Sequence record: SRR31156797_12355
Length of the DNA stretch: 44,008 bases
Direction: 5' to 3' (one strand)
Positions 1 to 9,925 of this stretch are shown one piece after another (the stretch's first letter is position 1; each line of letters opens with the position of its first letter). A model generated the notes under the pieces. The model was given only the letters and a program-made list of their open reading frames with translations, was not told the DNA's origin and did no database searches. Position numbers and translations under genes: made by a program.

Positions 1-63
1 ACTTAAGGGACTTGAGTGAACTGAGAGACTATAGGGACTTGAGTGAACTAAGAGACTTAAGGG
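1..63. repeat. 27-bp tandem repeat built from 9-mers (about 2.3 copies, may continue left of the window)
   Basis: 1-27 ACTTAAGGG-ACTTGAGTG-AACTGAGAG; 28-54 ACTATAGGG-ACTTGAGTG-AACTAAGAG; 55-63 ACTTAAGGG. Confidence 0.85.
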
Positions 64-71
64 AAAAATAC

Positions 72-120
72 TGAAGACAGAAGGCAGAAGACAGAAGATA
101 GAATACAGAAGGTAGAAGTG
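72..120. repeat. Degenerate heptamer tandem repeat (AGAAGAC-like x7)
   Basis: TGAAGAC AGAAGGC AGAAGAC AGAAGAT AGAATAC AGAAGGT AGAAGTG. Confidence 0.85.
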
Positions 121-196
121 CGAATACTAATAAAACTATTTAGAGAAAACTTTACTTATAATCAGATCTCTATTGCAATACAAATTATCAATAAAT

Positions 197-1753
197 ATGA
201 CAAAAAATGCACTAAATATAGAAATCCCTGAAGAATTAGAAGGTTTAGGTAAACTTGAACCCTATCAGGGCGTATGGACAAAACTTAAAAAAGGATGGAT
301 GGAAGAAACTACCGTTCCGCCATCTATAAAGGCCAGAATGCCACATACAAGTAAAATGTGCGATACACTGGAAGAGGCTATTTTAAAATGTAATCCACAA
401 AATGGGATGACTGTCTCATTTCATCATCATCTGAGAGGTGGTGACGATATTTTAGTAAGAGCGATCACAATCTTGGCAAATATGGGAATTAAGGATATTA
501 CCCTGGCTTCTTCATCGCTTACTTCAGCGCACGGAGCCATTCTCCCATTTATCGAACAAGGCATTATAAGTCAAATTTACAGCTCCGGAATTCGTGGTTC
601 AATTGGAGAAGCATGTGCGCGCGGTATAATGAAAAAACCATTCGTTATTCACTCACATGGTGGACGAGTTAGAAGCGTGCAAACCGGTAAAATTAAAATC
701 GACCTCGCCATTCTAGCAGCATCAGCAGCTGATGAAGAAGGTAATGCAACAGGAGCTCACGGTCCATCAGCCTTTGGATCAATGGGTTATGCTATGATTG
801 ATGCCTGGTATGCCAAGCAAGTCATTGTAGTAACAGACAATTTAGTTGATTACCCTTGTGTTCCACCTTCAATACGGCAAAACTATGTTGATTATGTGGT
901 AGAAATCGATTCGATTGGTGATGCAAAAAAAATTGCATCCGGAACCACACGGATTACAAAAGCTCCTCTTGACCTGCGGATTGCAAAATTAGCTTCTGAG
1001 GTTATTGTTCACAGTGGATATTTCAAAAATGGAATTTCATTTCAGGTGGGTGCCGGAGGAGCATCATTGGCTGTTGCTAAATATGTGCGTGAGGCCATGA
1101 AAAACAAGGATATTAAAGGTTCGTTCCTACTTGGCGGAGTAACTTCATACGGTGTTGACATGCTTAATGAAGGGCTTTTCAGGGCTATTTTTGATGTCCA
1201 GTCTTTTGACGCCGCTGTAAGTGAGTCTATCATGAATCACCCTTACCATATTGAAATTGGAGCTGGATTATACGCCAATCCGTTTAACTGTGGATGTATG
1301 ATTAACAAACTTGATGTGGTAGTACTTGGAGCGCTTGAAGTAGACATTGATTTTAACGTAAACGTAATAACAGGATCTGAAGGAGATGTTAGGGGTGCCA
1401 GCGGAGGACATTCAGATACTGCTGCGGGAGCAAATCTGACCATAGTAGTTTGCCCCTCTTTTAGAGGTCGCTTACCTATTGTAAAGAAAAAAGTAAACAA
1501 TGTAGTAACACCGGGAGATAGTATTGATGTAGTTGTTACAGAGCGAGGTATATGTGTAAATCCCAAAAATAAAGAACTTGAAGAAGATCTTAAAAAAGTA
1601 GGATTAAACATCAAAAAAATCGAAGATTTGGAAAAAGAGGTTGACAAAATTACAGGAAAACCAGATCCTATCGAACACACAGACAAAATAGTTGGGGTAA
1701 TAGAATATCGAGATGGAACCATCATTGATACCATTAAACAAATTAAAGAATAA
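197..1753 (+). CDS. citF: Citrate lyase alpha subunit (citrate CoA/ACP-transferase)
   Basis: Motifs TVSFHHHLRGGD, HSHGGRVR, FQVGAGGASLA, GASGGHSDTAAGA, EYRDGTIID. ATG at 197 preferred over TTG at 173. Adjacent to citXG and citC. Confidence 0.93.
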   Translation: MTKNALNIEIPEELEGLGKLEPYQGVWTKLKKGWMEETTVPPSIKARMPHTSKMCDTLEEAILKCNPQNGMTVSFHHHLRGGDDILVRAITILANMGIKDITLASSSLTSAHGAILPFIEQGIISQIYSSGIRGSIGEACARGIMKKPFVIHSHGGRVRSVQTGKIKIDLAILAASAADEEGNATGAHGPSAFGSMGYAMIDAWYAKQVIVVTDNLVDYPCVPPSIRQNYVDYVVEIDSIGDAKKIASGTTRITKAPLDLRIAKLASEVIVHSGYFKNGISFQVGAGGASLAVAKYVREAMKNKDIKGSFLLGGVTSYGVDMLNEGLFRAIFDVQSFDAAVSESIMNHPYHIEIGAGLYANPFNCGCMINKLDVVVLGALEVDIDFNVNVITGSEGDVRGASGGHSDTAAGANLTIVVCPSFRGRLPIVKKKVNNVVTPGDSIDVVVTERGICVNPKNKELEEDLKKVGLNIKKIEDLEKEVDKITGKPDPIEHTDKIVGVIEYRDGTIIDTIKQIKE

Positions 1754-1762
1754 CCATCCCTC

Positions 1763-3154
1763 ATGGATGTGAACAAAATACAGCAGCAGTTGCTTGCTGC
1801 AAAAGACGAAACATACTTACGAAAACTTGAAGTAATTCAGACATTTAAGCTACCTATAGTGGCATTAGCTATCAATGTACCGGGTTGGCCCAAATCTGAT
1901 AAACTCATTGAAAAATTCTTTTACAAAATACTGGAAGAATTTAAGGTTTATGCTTTAGCATATAGGATTTTGTTAGATGCTAATTCTGAGTTAATTATTG
2001 ATAACGATGGAGGGTTAGTATTCATTGCTGCATTTTCGCATCCCATATCTACGGATGAAGCTAAAAAATTAACTGAAAACTTTGAAATAAAGCATCGTTT
2101 AGGTCGATTCGTGGACGTTGATATCATTGATCTGAATAAAGAACCAGTTTCGAGTAAAAAAGAAAAAAAATGTTTTTACTGTGAGCAATTTAGCGCAATT
2201 GATTGTATGCGCCAAAAAAAGCATACAAATCAAGAGCTTCGGGATTTCCAACATAATAGCATTTCAGAATACTTAATTAATGAACAAAGGGTTCATCAAA
2301 GCGAGATTCTTTCAGAAACAATGCTTTATGCACTATTAGCCGAGATCTCATTAGATCCAAAACCCGGACTGGTTTCGCCTTCTGACAATGGATCCCACAA
2401 TGATATGGATTTCCAAACATTTTTACAATCATCTGCAACATTATCAAGTGTTTCTTCAAAACTTTTCCGGCATATTTTAATAGAAAAGAATGACTTATCA
2501 TTCGAAGAACTAAGAGCTTTAGGTATTGAAGCAGAACATAAAATGTTAGCTTCTACTTGCAACATAAACACACATAAAGGTGCAATATTTCTACTAATCA
2601 TTTTAGGATATGCGTTAGCTAAATTATTGCAAGAGAATACTATAATTTCAGACGAAAACATTAAAAATCAATTATCAGGATTCAAGAAATATATTGAAAT
2701 TGATCCATATAGTAATTCAGCATCTACACATGGTAATATAGTGCGAAAATCGCTTTCAAATGAAGATGTTGGAATAAAGGCAGAATTGATAAAAGATCTC
2801 CCCTCCTTGTTTTCTGCTGGAATTATACCTTTAAGAAAGTATGAATATGGTTTTGAAAAACCGTCAGAAATAAAATACAAGACACTAACATTGAGTTTAT
2901 TAAACATAATGTCTGTCAATAATGATACAAACATTTTGTATAGAGCTAACCAGGAAAAACTAAATGAAGTAAAGTTAAAAAGCAATGAGTGTATTGAAGC
3001 AATTGAAAACCAAAACTGGCAGCCATACTACGATTTTTGCACCTGGATGAAATCACAAAATCTCTCACCAGGTGGATCAGCAGATATTTTAGCAAGCTCA
3101 ATTTTCGTTTACCTTTGTCAAATAAACCCAAATTTAAAACCCTATGAGTTTTGA
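1763..3154 (+). CDS. citXG: Fused CitX (holo-ACP synthase) and CitG (triphosphoribosyl-dephospho-CoA synthase)
   Basis: N-terminal CitX motifs (INVPGWPK, LGRFVDVDI, CFYC...CMR..KH); C-terminal CitG motifs (PKPGLV, NTHKGAIF, DTNILYR, LSPGGSAD). Confidence 0.88.
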   Translation: MDVNKIQQQLLAAKDETYLRKLEVIQTFKLPIVALAINVPGWPKSDKLIEKFFYKILEEFKVYALAYRILLDANSELIIDNDGGLVFIAAFSHPISTDEAKKLTENFEIKHRLGRFVDVDIIDLNKEPVSSKKEKKCFYCEQFSAIDCMRQKKHTNQELRDFQHNSISEYLINEQRVHQSEILSETMLYALLAEISLDPKPGLVSPSDNGSHNDMDFQTFLQSSATLSSVSSKLFRHILIEKNDLSFEELRALGIEAEHKMLASTCNINTHKGAIFLLIILGYALAKLLQENTIISDENIKNQLSGFKKYIEIDPYSNSASTHGNIVRKSLSNEDVGIKAELIKDLPSLFSAGIIPLRKYEYGFEKPSEIKYKTLTLSLLNIMSVNNDTNILYRANQEKLNEVKLKSNECIEAIENQNWQPYYDFCTWMKSQNLSPGGSADILASSIFVYLCQINPNLKPYEF

Positions 3155-4226
3155 AAATGCAGACTTCAGAGAAGAAGTACTTGATATTAATAATCCTTTT
3201 GATGTAAAATTTGTAGCTGAGTTTCTTAAAAAATTGGAATTCGACTATAATCCTGACGATGTTGATTATACAATGGTTTTATATAATTTGAACGAGGAGA
3301 TTATTGGAACCGGTTCTTATAAAGATCACATTCTCAAATATGTGGGTGTAGCTCCTAAGTTTAGACATACCATTGCTTTTTCTCAAATAGTAACCCATTT
3401 AATGGATAAACTGCTGCTTGAGCATAAGCATATATTTGTTTATACACTGCCTCAAAACACAGAACTATTTCAAGGACTTGGCTTTACAGAAATAGCAACC
3501 GCTCCTCCTTTATTTGCAGTATTAGAGTTTGGTTATGAGAATATTAAAACTTATCAGGATTATATCAGAAGAAACAAAGTTGAAACCTCCAGTAGACCGG
3601 TATCAGCCCTTGTAGTAAATTGTAATCCTTTTACAAATGGACATAAGTATCTTATAGAAAAAGCTTCAAAAGAAAGCCGTGTACTATATCTTTTTGTTGT
3701 TGAAGAAGATAAATCAAGTTTTCCGTTTTCAATACGATGGAAGCTAATCGAAGAAGGAATCTCTCACCTGGACAATGTCGTTATGCTTCGTAGCAGCCAT
3801 TATGTGGTATCGGGAACTATCTTTCCATCTTATTTTTTAAAAAACCAACCACAAAACGAGATATCAATGAAACAGGCCGAGTTGGATATTCAGACTTTCA
3901 TCAGATATATTGTTCCTGTCTTAGGTATTACCAGACGATATGTTGGCACAGAAGACTACTGCAAAACAACCTTGGCATACAATACAGCCATGAAGAATCT
4001 CCTGCCAAAATCAGGTGTTGAGTTAATTGAAGTACCAAGAATTAAAATAGCTACAGAAATAGAAGACCAAAGTATCGTAAGTGCTTCGAAGGTTAGAGAG
4101 GCTATTAAAAATGATCAACTGGAACAAATACTTCCATTTTTACCGGAAGTAACCAAAAAATTTCTTTTAAGTACTGATAGTGATGAGATAATGCATAAAA
4201 TTAAATTTGGAGAAGGCAGACACTGA
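3144..4226 (+). CDS. citC: [Citrate (pro-3S)-lyase] ligase
   Basis: N-terminal GNAT-like region, VNCNPFTNGHKYLIE, LFVVEEDKS, FPSYFLK, RYVGTE, SASKVR; overlaps citXG stop. Confidence 0.92.
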   Translation: MSFENADFREEVLDINNPFDVKFVAEFLKKLEFDYNPDDVDYTMVLYNLNEEIIGTGSYKDHILKYVGVAPKFRHTIAFSQIVTHLMDKLLLEHKHIFVYTLPQNTELFQGLGFTEIATAPPLFAVLEFGYENIKTYQDYIRRNKVETSSRPVSALVVNCNPFTNGHKYLIEKASKESRVLYLFVVEEDKSSFPFSIRWKLIEEGISHLDNVVMLRSSHYVVSGTIFPSYFLKNQPQNEISMKQAELDIQTFIRYIVPVLGITRRYVGTEDYCKTTLAYNTAMKNLLPKSGVELIEVPRIKIATEIEDQSIVSASKVREAIKNDQLEQILPFLPEVTKKFLLSTDSDEIMHKIKFGEGRH

Positions 4227-4373
4227 TAAGTGTATCAAATACGGTCAATACCCTAAGGAAACCGAACGTTTTACTAAGCTCGCTAATAATCATAAAACTT
4301 TCATTATCTGACAAATATATACAATGGCCTCATCATTGTGTTTTTACAGTTATAACCCATTAATAGATCTACC

Positions 4374-5672
4374 ATGAAAAAACTAATTATTGTTCCAATT
4401 GTTTTTACTCTTCTATTTTTAATAACCCTTATTTCCAAAGGCCAAAATATTGACAATATAAAACGTATTGTAAAAGAATTAGCTTCCGAAAAATATCATG
4501 GTCGATGTTATACCAATAACGGTGCAAACATGGCTGCTGCTTTTATTCAAAATGAATATGAAAAAGCTGGTTTATTGCCTGTGAAAGACGATTGGTTTCA
4601 ACCGTTTAGTTTTGGTTTAAATCAAATTAAAGAAGTTTCTCTTACAATTGATAATATGAAATTAAAACCTGGTGAAGACTACGTAGTAAGAAGAAATAGT
4701 CCTTCTATAAATGGTAAATGGAATATTATTATAGCTAACAAGACCCATTTTCAGGATTCCTTAAAAATGAAGGAAATTTTAAAAAAAGACCTTAGCAAAT
4801 ACTTTGTAGTTGTTGACTTTGATGATTATCGCTCGAATTACAAGCAATATAGCATTGCAGGCAAATTGCTTTTTAAAAGCGATGCCAATAAGTTTGTAAT
4901 GCTACATGAAAATGAAGTAAAAGATTACGTAGGATTTGGAAGAAAACCCAGTGATAAAGTAGTCATTAATATTCAGAAAAAAGCTTTTCCAAAAGATCCT
5001 ACAACAATAGATTTTAGCATAAAAACTGAATTTAATGAAATCACAACCAAAAACGTTCTAGGATACTTACCCGGAAAAACATACGAAGACTCTATCATAA
5101 TTATTTGCGGGCATTACGATCATCTTGGAGAAATGGGACCCGAAGCTTATTTCCCTGGAGCTGATGATAATGCCACTGCAATTGCTGCTATGATTGAAAT
5201 GGCTACTTTTATAAAAGACAATAACTACCCTGATAAAAGTCTCTTATTTGCAGCATTTAGTGCAGAGGAAGCAGGTCTGATAGGTTCAGGTCATTTCGTT
5301 AAAAACTTACCTATAAATAAAAACAATATAAATTATGTTATTAACCTTGATATGATGGGCTTCGGTGATGCTCCTTTGCAAATTTGGAATGGTAAAAATG
5401 AGCCACGTATTACTAAAACACTTCAAAAAGTAAATACAGAACACAAACTAGTTGATACATTAATTGTAAACAAAAACACACCTTTAAGCGATCATTATTC
5501 ATTTACAGAGGAAGGTATTCGGGCAGTATTTTTAACGACAGGAGTTGAACCATCAGTGTATTATCATACTGTAAAAGACACATATGAAAATACTCCACTT
5601 ACAAAAATAGACAAGATTATACAGCTTATCAGTAAAACTATAAACGCTGATAAGGAAATGCAGATAAATTAA
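4374..5672 (+). CDS. Secreted M28 family metallopeptidase
   Basis: Signal peptide; GHYDHLG, GADDNA, AEEAGLIGS, NLDMMG, SDHYSF, YHT motifs. Confidence 0.88.
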   Translation: MKKLIIVPIVFTLLFLITLISKGQNIDNIKRIVKELASEKYHGRCYTNNGANMAAAFIQNEYEKAGLLPVKDDWFQPFSFGLNQIKEVSLTIDNMKLKPGEDYVVRRNSPSINGKWNIIIANKTHFQDSLKMKEILKKDLSKYFVVVDFDDYRSNYKQYSIAGKLLFKSDANKFVMLHENEVKDYVGFGRKPSDKVVINIQKKAFPKDPTTIDFSIKTEFNEITTKNVLGYLPGKTYEDSIIIICGHYDHLGEMGPEAYFPGADDNATAIAAMIEMATFIKDNNYPDKSLLFAAFSAEEAGLIGSGHFVKNLPINKNNINYVINLDMMGFGDAPLQIWNGKNEPRITKTLQKVNTEHKLVDTLIVNKNTPLSDHYSFTEEGIRAVFLTTGVEPSVYYHTVKDTYENTPLTKIDKIIQLISKTINADKEMQIN

Positions 5673-5676
5673 GGAA

Positions 5677-5702
5677 AATTGGCGCCGGAAAAGGCGCCAA
5701 TT
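5677..5702. terminator. Probable bidirectional intrinsic terminator
   Basis: AATTGGCGCC-GGAAAA-GGCGCCAATT hairpin between convergent genes. Confidence 0.75.
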
Positions 5703-5706
5703 ATTT

Positions 5707-6096
5707 TTATTCTTTATCTAAATCATCAAAATCTACATCTGTAAACTTCTCAGCGTCATTTGCCGCTTCCTTTACAGTTTCTTGCTCTTCAGAATCTGAT
5801 TCAGCTTTAGGTTCTAGTTCAGGCTGATTGTCACGTATATAAGCAACAACCTCTTCTAGTCCATCAGCAAATTTTTCAAAATCTTCCTTATATAAAAACA
5901 ACTTGTGTTTTTCATAAAAGAAAGTTCCATCCTGATTAAATTTCTTTTTACTCTCAGTGATTGTCAGATAATAATCATTCCGTCTTGTAGCCTTCACATC
6001 AAAAAAGTATGTACGTTTTCCGGCTCTTACGGCTTTAGAAAAAATCTCATCTCTCACTTTTTCTTTACCATTTTCTTTGTTCTCAAATCCTTCCAT
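5707..6096 (-). CDS. PUR-like (DUF3276) ssDNA/RNA-binding protein
   Basis: IFSKAVRAGKRTYFFDV...YLTITESKK...EKHKLFLYKEDFEKF with acidic tail; typical Bacteroidota neighbour of nusB. Confidence 0.88.
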   Translation of the reverse strand: MEGFENKENGKEKVRDEIFSKAVRAGKRTYFFDVKATRRNDYYLTITESKKKFNQDGTFFYEKHKLFLYKEDFEKFADGLEEVVAYIRDNQPELEPKAESDSEEQETVKEAANDAEKFTDVDFDDLDKE

Positions 6097-6295
6097 TATT
6101 CAATCATTTTCAATTACAACAATCATTGACAAAAATAGAAATATTTTTTTGTTTGAAACATTTAAAGTAAAAAATCACTTAACAAATACATAAAAAGATT
6201 CAAACAATTATGAATGTTAATCTAGTTATGCGTCCGATAATGAACGAACCGTTAAAAAAAAGCAACTGAAATGCAAATAATAATGAGTTTTGCAT

Positions 6296-6303
6296 TACTT
6301 TTG
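6296..6303 (+). promoter_or_regulatory. Bacteroidota -7 promoter element for the nusB operon
   Basis: TACTTTTG (TAnnTTTG consensus) 26 nt before the nusB ATG. Confidence 0.55.
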
Positions 6304-6329
6304 CTGCACAATTTTGAAACTGAAGGTGT

Positions 6330-7289
6330 ATGATTAGCAGAAGGCTATTAAGAATTAAAATCATGCAAATTGTTTATGCATGGTTACGCAATCCCGATGG
6401 AAGTATTGAACAGTACAACAAGGAATTGCAGAAAAGTGTTAAAAGTTTCGAGGATCTTTATTATTTATTTTTCCAATTATTAATCGAGATTCACCACTAT
6501 CTTTTAAAAGAGATAGAACGCAAAAAAAATAAGCATCTGCCCACAGATGAAGAGAAAAATCCTAATATGCGTTTTATCGAGAACCCTGCCATGCAGGCTA
6601 TCGTAAATAACACTGAAATCCAATCATATTTGAAGAATAATGTCATCGGATGGCATGAAGACGAAGATTTAGTTAAAAAATTAGCTAAAGAAATCGAAGC
6701 AAGTAATTTCTATAACCGCTACATGGTTAAAGAAGGAGAGCCTGATCATAAAGCGCATAAAGAAGTTATCATTACTATACTTACAGACATTATTGCAGAA
6801 TCAGATTTATTATTCGAAACTCTAGAGGAAAAATCTGTTTTTTGGAATGATGATATTGAGTTAGTATTAAGTATGAATATTCGTACTATTGAGCGAATTA
6901 AAAGAACATACAGACTTAAATTGATGAATTTGTTTAAAAATGAATCTGATCAAAAATTTACTCAAGATTTATTCGTTAAAACTACAGGACATTTTAGGGA
7001 TCATCAAAAAATAATTAAAGAAACGGCCAGCAACTGGGAGTTAGACAGAATTGCCTTAATGGATAAAGTAATTATTTCTATGGGAATTACAGAATTAACA
7101 AATTTCCCTGAAATACCTGTCAGAGTGACATTAAATGAATACATTGAGTTGGCCAAGTTTTACAGTACAGAAAAGAGCAATACCTTTGTAAATGGCGTTT
7201 TAGACAAAATTGTGACACAGCTTAAGACAAATAAAAAATTGAACAAAATTGATGGTTCAATTTTTGATAAAAAGAAAGACAAAGATTAA
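6330..7289 (+). CDS. nusB: Transcription antitermination factor NusB (long Bacteroidota form)
   Basis: MISRRLLRIK start; C-terminal NWELDRIA..D, EIPVRVTLNEYIELAKFYST..S..FVNGVLD. Confidence 0.93.
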   Translation: MISRRLLRIKIMQIVYAWLRNPDGSIEQYNKELQKSVKSFEDLYYLFFQLLIEIHHYLLKEIERKKNKHLPTDEEKNPNMRFIENPAMQAIVNNTEIQSYLKNNVIGWHEDEDLVKKLAKEIEASNFYNRYMVKEGEPDHKAHKEVIITILTDIIAESDLLFETLEEKSVFWNDDIELVLSMNIRTIERIKRTYRLKLMNLFKNESDQKFTQDLFVKTTGHFRDHQKIIKETASNWELDRIALMDKVIISMGITELTNFPEIPVRVTLNEYIELAKFYSTEKSNTFVNGVLDKIVTQLKTNKKLNKIDGSIFDKKKDKD

Positions 7290-7301
7290 ATATATAAAAC
7301 T

Positions 7302-7772
7302 ATGATACGAATTTCAGGACTTATTTTTTTAGCACTATTTGCATTTTCATGCAATTCAGGTGAAAAAGAAAACAAAGTAACTTCTGATCTTGTAAAGAAC
7401 CCTATTTCGGGTAACGGAAGTAATCAAAGTATGGACATGCCGGAAATTTCATTTATAGATCCTAATTCCGATAATCCTCTATACTTCGATTTTGGAGTAA
7501 TTATTCAGGGAGAAGTTGTTGTACATACATTCAAATTCAAAAATACAGGAAATGATGATCTAATCATCAGATCAACAAGTTCCACATGCGGATGTACTGT
7601 TTCTTCTTATACTAAAAAGCCAATTTCTCCAGGTGAAACAGGAAAAGTTGATGTAACTTTTAACAGCTCAGGCAGATCTGGCAGACAGCACAAATCTGTG
7701 ACTGTATTAACTAATGCGCAGCCAGCTTCTAAAAAGTTAGTTATCGAAGCAAATGTTGTAGTACCAAATTAA
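7302..7772 (+). CDS. DUF1573 domain lipoprotein
   Basis: Lipobox AFSC; FKFKNTG..L.I.....CGCT...PI.PGE motif. Confidence 0.85.
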   Translation: MIRISGLIFLALFAFSCNSGEKENKVTSDLVKNPISGNGSNQSMDMPEISFIDPNSDNPLYFDFGVIIQGEVVVHTFKFKNTGNDDLIIRSTSSTCGCTVSSYTKKPISPGETGKVDVTFNSSGRSGRQHKSVTVLTNAQPASKKLVIEANVVVPN

Positions 7773-7782
7773 AAATAAACAT

Positions 7783-8109
7783 ATGAATTTATTGAACATC
7801 TTATTAATGATGCCCCAAGAGGGTGGCGAAGGTGGCGGCCTTCAAGCATTTTTACCATTGATTATTATCATCGTAATTTTCTATTTCTTCATGATTCGTC
7901 CACAAATGAAACGTCAAAAAGAAGCCAGAAAATTCAGAGAAAACATACAAAAAGGCGATAAAGTACTTACAGTTGGTGGAATTTATGGTAAAGTAGTTGG
8001 CACTGATGAAAAAACTGTTGATTTAGAAATATCTGACAACACAAAAGTTAAAGTTGATAAATCAGCTCTTGTTAAAGATACTACTGACCTGGCGCAAGCC
8101 AACAAATAA
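7783..8109 (+). CDS. yajC: Preprotein translocase subunit YajC
   Basis: TM helix then YFFMIRPQ.KRQK, KGDKVLTVGGIYG. Confidence 0.95.
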   Translation: MNLLNILLMMPQEGGEGGGLQAFLPLIIIIVIFYFFMIRPQMKRQKEARKFRENIQKGDKVLTVGGIYGKVVGTDEKTVDLEISDNTKVKVDKSALVKDTTDLAQANK

Positions 8110-8125
8110 ATAAAAAGTATTAATT

Positions 8126-8168
8126 AAAACTGTTGATTTGAATTAAGTTTCAAATCAACAGTTTTTTT
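8126..8168 (+). terminator. Intrinsic terminator after yajC
   Basis: AAAACTGTTGATTTGAA-TTAAGT-TTCAAATCAACAGTTTT followed by T-tract. Confidence 0.85.
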
Positions 8169-8287
8169 GTGCCTTTTTTTATCCTAACTCATTTTCTATA
8201 AATCAGAAATAATTCAACAAAGTCATTTTGATTCAACAATATTGTTAGACTTACTTTCGTCAACTCATTTGGATTTCTTATATTCGC

Positions 8288-9316
8288 TTGTACAAAATTA
8301 AACCAGTGGATACTAAAAAGAAAGGCGATAAACAAGGATTCATTCAAAATATAAAAACCGAACTAAAAAAAATAGATCGGAGAATTATTATATTCCTCAT
8401 ATTTGTAGCGTTCAGCTCCGCACTATGGCTAATGAACTCTCTTTCTAAAGATTACATCACAGAAATTGACTGTCCAATTGAATTTTACAATTACCCTGAC
8501 AATTATGTTATGATTGACAATGTGCCGGGGACAGTGAAACTTCAAGTATCTGGCAGAGGATTTACACTTTTAAAATACACCATTGGTAGTATAGCATTGC
8601 CTTTTAATATTGACCTCCAGTCCTACTTCTCAACCAATGAGGATAAGCCCCGGGAAATTCAGTTTCAATATTATGTTTCCAGTAAAAAAGAAGCAATGGA
8701 GCGCTTTTTAAATGATGAAATTAAAGTATTGGATGTAAACCCATCTATCCTCAATCTAAAATTTGATCGTTTAAATGAAAAGACTGTCAAAGTTGATCCC
8801 AATCTCAATTTAGAATATGCCCCACAATACAGGCAAAAAGGTCTGCCCATTACTACACCTGATTCAGTATTAGTTAAAGGGCCCAAATCAGTTCTGGATA
8901 CCATTAAATATATCAGAACAGAAGTTATTACGGACGATAATATCAAATCAAATAAAACATATAAGGCTAAACTAGTACCTCCAGACCAGTGTAATTTATC
9001 AGAAAATCAAGTGAAAGTTAAATTAACCGTAGAGCAGTTTACGGAAAATACCATCGAAGCTCCCATTAGAATTATCAATAAACCCGATTCTATCTCTGTA
9101 AGCATATTCCCGGACAAAATTAAAATCACATACCTGGTATCATTTCAAAACTATCAGACCATTAAGGCCAATGACTTTCATCCGGCCATTGATTACAGAG
9201 AAATATCTGAACTTAACGATCCGCAAGAGCTAAATGTAAATCTATATTTCCCTGAAGAAGTTCAGGTAACCCGCTATTGGCCTCAAAAAGCAAGATTTAT
9301 AATCAACCAAAATTAA
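8288..9316 (+). CDS. YbbR/CdaR-like domain membrane protein
   Basis: Single N-terminal TM (ALWLMNSLSK), PDSV.V.GP motif, usual position before coaE; TTG start uncertain. Confidence 0.75.
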   Translation: MYKIKPVDTKKKGDKQGFIQNIKTELKKIDRRIIIFLIFVAFSSALWLMNSLSKDYITEIDCPIEFYNYPDNYVMIDNVPGTVKLQVSGRGFTLLKYTIGSIALPFNIDLQSYFSTNEDKPREIQFQYYVSSKKEAMERFLNDEIKVLDVNPSILNLKFDRLNEKTVKVDPNLNLEYAPQYRQKGLPITTPDSVLVKGPKSVLDTIKYIRTEVITDDNIKSNKTYKAKLVPPDQCNLSENQVKVKLTVEQFTENTIEAPIRIINKPDSISVSIFPDKIKITYLVSFQNYQTIKANDFHPAIDYREISELNDPQELNVNLYFPEEVQVTRYWPQKARFIINQN

Positions 9317-9334
9317 AAATCCAATAATTTTAAA

Positions 9335-9925
9335 ATGAAAACAATTGGACTTACAGGTGGTATTGGATCTGGTAAAAGCGTTGTAGCTAAAGTTTTTAAT
9401 CAACTTTTCGACATTCCTGTTTACAATGCCGATTTAAGAGCTAAATACCTGATGCAACATGATATAACTCTTAAAGAAGAATTAAAAAAGCTCTTAGGAT
9501 CAGAAGCTTACAACATAGACGAATCACTTAATCGTCAATATGTTGCTGATAAAATATTCAACAACGATAAATTACTTCAATCAGTAAATCAGCTTGTGCA
9601 CCAGCAAGTTGGTATTGATTTCAATAAATGGAAATTGAATAAACACCACCCCTATATAATACACGAAGCGGCCATTCTAATTGAAAGTGGATTTCATAAG
9701 CACATGGATAGCTTGATAACAGTCTCTGCAAAGGAAAAAATCCGCATTGAAAGAGTCATGAAGCGTGACAAATTGTCATCGGAACAAATTTTGCAAAGAA
9801 TAAAAAAACAAATTACAGATGATGAGCGGGAAAAAGTTGCCCACTTTGTCATTTTCAATAATGGTAATGAAAGCATTATTGATCAGGTAATATCAATTCA
9901 CAAAAAAATAATTGACAATGGGTAA
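9335..9925 (+). CDS. coaE: Dephospho-CoA kinase
   Basis: IGLTGGIGSGKS P-loop, EAAILIE, RIERVMKRD. Confidence 0.95.
   Translation: MKTIGLTGGIGSGKSVVAKVFNQLFDIPVYNADLRAKYLMQHDITLKEELKKLLGSEAYNIDESLNRQYVADKIFNNDKLLQSVNQLVHQQVGIDFNKWKLNKHHPYIIHEAAILIESGFHKHMDSLITVSAKEKIRIERVMKRDKLSSEQILQRIKKQITDDEREKVAHFVIFNNGNESIIDQVISIHKKIIDNG

Noticed and set aside
1-63. Possible CRISPR array
   Set aside because: The repeats are directly tandem with no unique spacers, and no cas genes are present.
8212-8246. ATTCAACAA direct repeat and AACAATATTGTT palindrome before the ybbR-like gene
   Set aside because: Short and AT-rich, so plausible by chance in this base composition.
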